A stretch of DNA of 64,000 nt from Candidatus Poribacteria bacterium (GTDB lineage: Bacteria; Poribacteria; WGA-4E; PCPOR2b): NCBI GenBank assembly GCA_965208675.1, contig OZ242351.1, forward strand, positions 2,112,001 to 2,176,000. The letters are read 5' to 3'. Shown here in pieces: positions 60,901-64,000 of this stretch. Positions within the stretch are counted from its first letter, which is position 1. Each line of letters begins with the position of its first letter. The notes below the pieces were generated by a model. It was given only the letters and a program-made list of their open reading frames with translations. It was not told the origin of the DNA and searched no databases. The position numbers and the translations under genes are program-made.

Positions 60901-61158
60901 CTCTTTTGTCCCCTTTTTATGATGTTTAGTAAGCCAACTCAAAAAACCTCAAACCATAGTGAATTATATCACTGCTTATAACCGTTTTCAATATTGGCTT
61001 CCGCCCGTTCACCGATTTAGCCAAATTATTTTGATTGCCGTAAGCGTTCAAATTCGGCTTGATCCAATGAGCGAAGTTTGATAGACTTTTCACGAGAAAC
61101 AAGAGGGAATTTATGCTTCGCATTCCACACAGTACACCAACACGGAATGAGGCCAATT

Positions 61159-61569
61159 ATGGACTGTATTTTTTGCGCAATAGCTGGGGATGCGATACCA
61201 GCTACGAAAGTCTACGAAGAAGACCAAATTCTCGCTTTTATGGATATCAACCCGGCGAATCCGGGACATCTCCTTGTCATTCCGAAACGACATTACCGAA
61301 ATATTTTTGACATCGACGCCGAGACGGCTGGAAAGATTATGCAAGTTGGAAAGCAGCTTGCGAGCGCCATAAAAACTGCCTTGAATCCGGATGGGCTTAA
61401 TTTGTTACAGTCGAGCGAGGCCGCGGCATTCCAAACAATATTCCACTTTCACTTACATCTCATCCCGCGTTGGGAAGACGATACGCTAGTTCTGCCATGG
61501 AAACCTCAACAGGGCGATATGAATCAGATTGCGGAAGTTGCGGACAAAATTAGACAGCACATTCAATAA
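61159..61569 (+). CDS. HIT family protein
   Basis: CIFC, GHLLVIPK and FHFHLHLIPR. Confidence 0.93.
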   Translation: MDCIFCAIAGDAIPATKVYEEDQILAFMDINPANPGHLLVIPKRHYRNIFDIDAETAGKIMQVGKQLASAIKTALNPDGLNLLQSSEAAAFQTIFHFHLHLIPRWEDDTLVLPWKPQQGDMNQIAEVADKIRQHIQ

Positions 61570-61818
61570 CCGGTACAGGTGATTGCCGTTGCAGCGCGGA
61601 GATGTCAATCAACCAAAGCGCAAGATGTGAAAATCGTTTAGAACCTATCGGCATTACTGTGATTATCATTGGTCTGCTTAAACTCAGGCAATGATTGATT
61701 ATTCCTGGCAGGAATCCTTTTTCGCGCAATCTGATGAATTCGCTTAACGGTGGCGTAAACTTTTCCAAGTGCTAATTTATGATAAATCAGATGCGGCTTC
61801 ATTCCAAAATTCTTGGTC

Positions 61819-61855
61819 AAAAAAAAGGCAGGAGGCAAAATTTCTACCTCCTGCC
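61819..61855 (-). terminator. Intrinsic terminator after iscA
   Basis: GGCAGGAGG/CCTCCTGCC stem followed by T8 on the minus strand. Confidence 0.75.
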
Positions 61856-61875
61856 AATTTTTTTTGAAAACGGAC

Positions 61876-62217
61876 TTATACGCTGAAAGATTCTCCACAA
61901 CCACATGTGGACTTCGCATTGGGGTTGGTGATTTTGAAACCCGAATCCATTAATCCGTCTGCGTAGTCTAGCGTTGAACCGGCGAGGTAGAGCGTACTGC
62001 GTGGATCCAAAAATATTTTTACGCCGTAATGCTCAAAGACTTTGTCACCACTTCGCGGTTCGTCAAATCCAAGTTCGTACTGAAAGCCGGAACACCCTCC
62101 ACCAACCACCTTCATACGCAAGCCATACTCTTTCTCTGCGTCGTGTTCATCTTCATTTTTTGCCGTTTCAAGCAATGTGCGCGTTTTCTTGGCGGCCGAT
62201 TCCGTCACAGTAATCAT
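61876..62217 (-). CDS. iscA: A-type Fe-S carrier protein (IscA/ErpA/HesB)
   Basis: GGGCSGFQY and NPNAKSTCGCGESF, with a strong AGGAGG RBS. Confidence 0.9.
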   Translation of the reverse strand: MITVTESAAKKTRTLLETAKNEDEHDAEKEYGLRMKVVGGGCSGFQYELGFDEPRSGDKVFEHYGVKIFLDPRSTLYLAGSTLDYADGLMDSGFKITNPNAKSTCGCGESFSV

Positions 62218-62611
62218 ACGAACCCTCCTCCTTTCTAAATTCTCGAATTTCACGCGAAAAATAGTCGTGAATTGCTGCTTTCAACACCTCTACAGCTAGC
62301 GCAAGATATCGAGTTTTATCTGGCGGCAGTACGCCGAGTGCCGCCTCAACTTGAGAATCAGTAATACTTAATGCTTCTTCGATTGAAATTCCTTTGATGA
62401 GTTCTGTTAATGCTGAATTTGCCGCAATCGCAGCGACACAACCAATTGTTCTGAATTTAGCGTCAACAATCCGGTTTTGCGTAACTTTGATTGTGAGTTT
62501 CATCAAGTCACTATCTGCGGGGGTTCCGACGATACCCACCCCATCTGCATCCTTAATCGTACCGAGATTGCGCGGATTTTTGTAATGATCGATAACCTGT
62601 TGCGTATACAT
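62168..62611 (-). CDS. IscU/NifU-N-like scaffold protein, Cys-depleted
   Basis: Y...VIDHY.NPRN.G, DAKF.T.GC..AIA and LPPDK. Only one of the three conserved Cys is retained. Confidence 0.8.
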   Translation of the reverse strand: MYTQQVIDHYKNPRNLGTIKDADGVGIVGTPADSDLMKLTIKVTQNRIVDAKFRTIGCVAAIAANSALTELIKGISIEEALSITDSQVEAALGVLPPDKTRYLALAVEVLKAAIHDYFSREIREFRKEEGSYDYCDGIGRQENAHIA

Positions 62612-62661
62612 AATGCTTTAAAGTTTTCAAGCTACACTGAAGGCGCCGGCAAGCTTGCATA

Positions 62662-62690
62662 ATTATATTCCACTACGCCGTAAATGTCAA
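62662..62690 (-). promoter_or_regulatory. Consensus sigma70 promoter of iscU-iscA
   Basis: TTGACA-17 nt-TATAAT (perfect consensus). Confidence 0.75.
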
Positions 62691-62972
62691 ATATCATTTT
62701 CAAAACCCGTATTGAAATTACAATTGTCATCACTGCTTAATTCTGAGCGACAGTAACGTTTGATTTTAGGTATCAAACGCCCGTCAATTGCCTTCGACAA
62801 ATCCATTTACTTTGTTGAGGAATTGATGTATAATCAACAGAAATTGATGTTACAGATTTTATGTTTTTATAATCTTCAGGCGGACGACTTGAAAGAAACC
62901 AAAGGGCTAATGCTCAAGACATAGCGTAAAACCGGTAGAAGCGGGCTGAACGCACAGGTAATTGATTTCAAT

Positions 62973-64000
62973 ATGTCTAATTCCCAGAGGAACGACAGCG
63001 AAAAGGTTGATCTCTCGATTGTAATTCCCGTATTCAATGAGGAGGAGAATCTCCACGACCTTTACAGCCGACTAACAGATGCGCTTTCAAAACTCAAGAA
63101 AACGTATGAAATCATCTTCATTGACGATGGAAGCACCGATCTCAGCTTTAAGATATTGCGAGAGATTGCTCAGACGCATACCAATATTCGCGCTATACGA
63201 TTTCGCCGAAACTTCGGGCAGACGGCTGCGATGAGTGCGGGCTTCGATTATGCATGCGGCGAAGTGATTGTTCCGATGGATGCCGATCTCCAGAACGACC
63301 CTTTAGACGTAGAACGGCTGCTAGAGAAATTAGATGACGGCTACGACATTGTCAGCGGGTGGAGAGCGAATCGGCAAGACGGATTTTTTCTGCGCCGCAT
63401 CCCATCAATTCTCGCAAATCGCCTAATCTCCTGGATGACGGGCGTTTACCTCCACGACTTTGGATGTACCTTGAAAGCCTACCGACGTGAGATACTCGAA
63501 AATATTAACCTGTACGGTGAATTGCACCGTTTTATCCCGGCATTTGCAAAACTGATTGGCGCTCGAATGGCGGAAATCAAGGTAAGGCATCACCCACGTG
63601 CACGCGGGAAATCGAAGTACGGCATTTCTCGCACAATTCGGGTCATTTTGGATCTCATCACAGTTAAGTTTCTTATGAGTTATTCAACGCGTCCAATCCA
63701 GATATTTGGCCTAGTTGGCTTAATCTTCTTCCTCGCAGGAATCAGCATTTGCGGTTATCTTACCATTGGCAAATTGTTTTTCCCGGCGGGAGTTGAATCA
63801 GGCTTTTTGTCCTATCTTTTTGCCGCCACGGGAGAGCGTGGATTTAGTCTAGTTGAACGTATGCCAATGCTGATTTTGGGCGTGCTACTTCTGTTTACAG
63901 GCATCCAGTTCATCACAATGGGACTTATAGGAGAACTGGTAATTAGGACTTACCACGAATCTCAGAAGAAGCCGATTTACGTCATCCGCGACATCATCTG
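62973..64000 (+). CDS. Glycosyltransferase family 2, polyprenol-phosphate glycosyltransferase (ArnC/GtrB-like), running to window edge
   Basis: LSIVIPVFNEEEN, IDDGSTD, RNFGQTAA, MDADLQNDP, C-terminal TM segments and KPIYVIRDII. Last partial codon is TG, probably the stop. Not in the ORF track. Confidence 0.9.
   Translation, partial: MSNSQRNDSEKVDLSIVIPVFNEEENLHDLYSRLTDALSKLKKTYEIIFIDDGSTDLSFKILREIAQTHTNIRAIRFRRNFGQTAAMSAGFDYACGEVIVPMDADLQNDPLDVERLLEKLDDGYDIVSGWRANRQDGFFLRRIPSILANRLISWMTGVYLHDFGCTLKAYRREILENINLYGELHRFIPAFAKLIGARMAEIKVRHHPRARGKSKYGISRTIRVILDLITVKFLMSYSTRPIQIFGLVGLIFFLAGISICGYLTIGKLFFPAGVESGFLSYLFAATGERGFSLVERMPMLILGVLLLFTGIQFITMGLIGELVIRTYHESQKKPIYVIRDII

Overview
Bacterial chromosomal window, about 50% GC. 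PhyH dioxygenase, LamG and many TPR proteins plus abundant GTAG-type REP-like palindromes suggest Candidatus Poribacteria, but this is inference only. The first ~10.5 kb is accessory. It holds a LamG C-terminus, two paralogous secreted 22-aa Gly-rich repeat proteins, and a promoter with a terminator-ended leader followed by an orphan terminase pair (no portal or capsid genes). A helicase-less type ISP/IIG-like R-M fusion, DUF2806, a REPIN/MITE and a gene remnant follow. The rest is mostly core metabolism. It includes a gpsA/cytidylyltransferase/HAD cluster, selA-selB-selC, a hemE-(MBL-TPR)-hemH-(x)-(hyi)-hemY cluster with a pentaheme cytochrome, larB, alaS, and an AhpD-like selenoprotein split by the ORF track at an in-frame UGA. 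Further on lie rpsB-tsf-frr-cdsA-dxr (pyrH and uppS absent), an ECF sigma/anti-sigma/giant TPR unit with an IS5 just upstream, envelope genes (HTTM, TPR, Ig-like, LysM, murA), HIT, iscA with a Cys-depleted iscU, and a GT2. No CRISPR array, rRNA, reverse transcriptase or integrase was seen.
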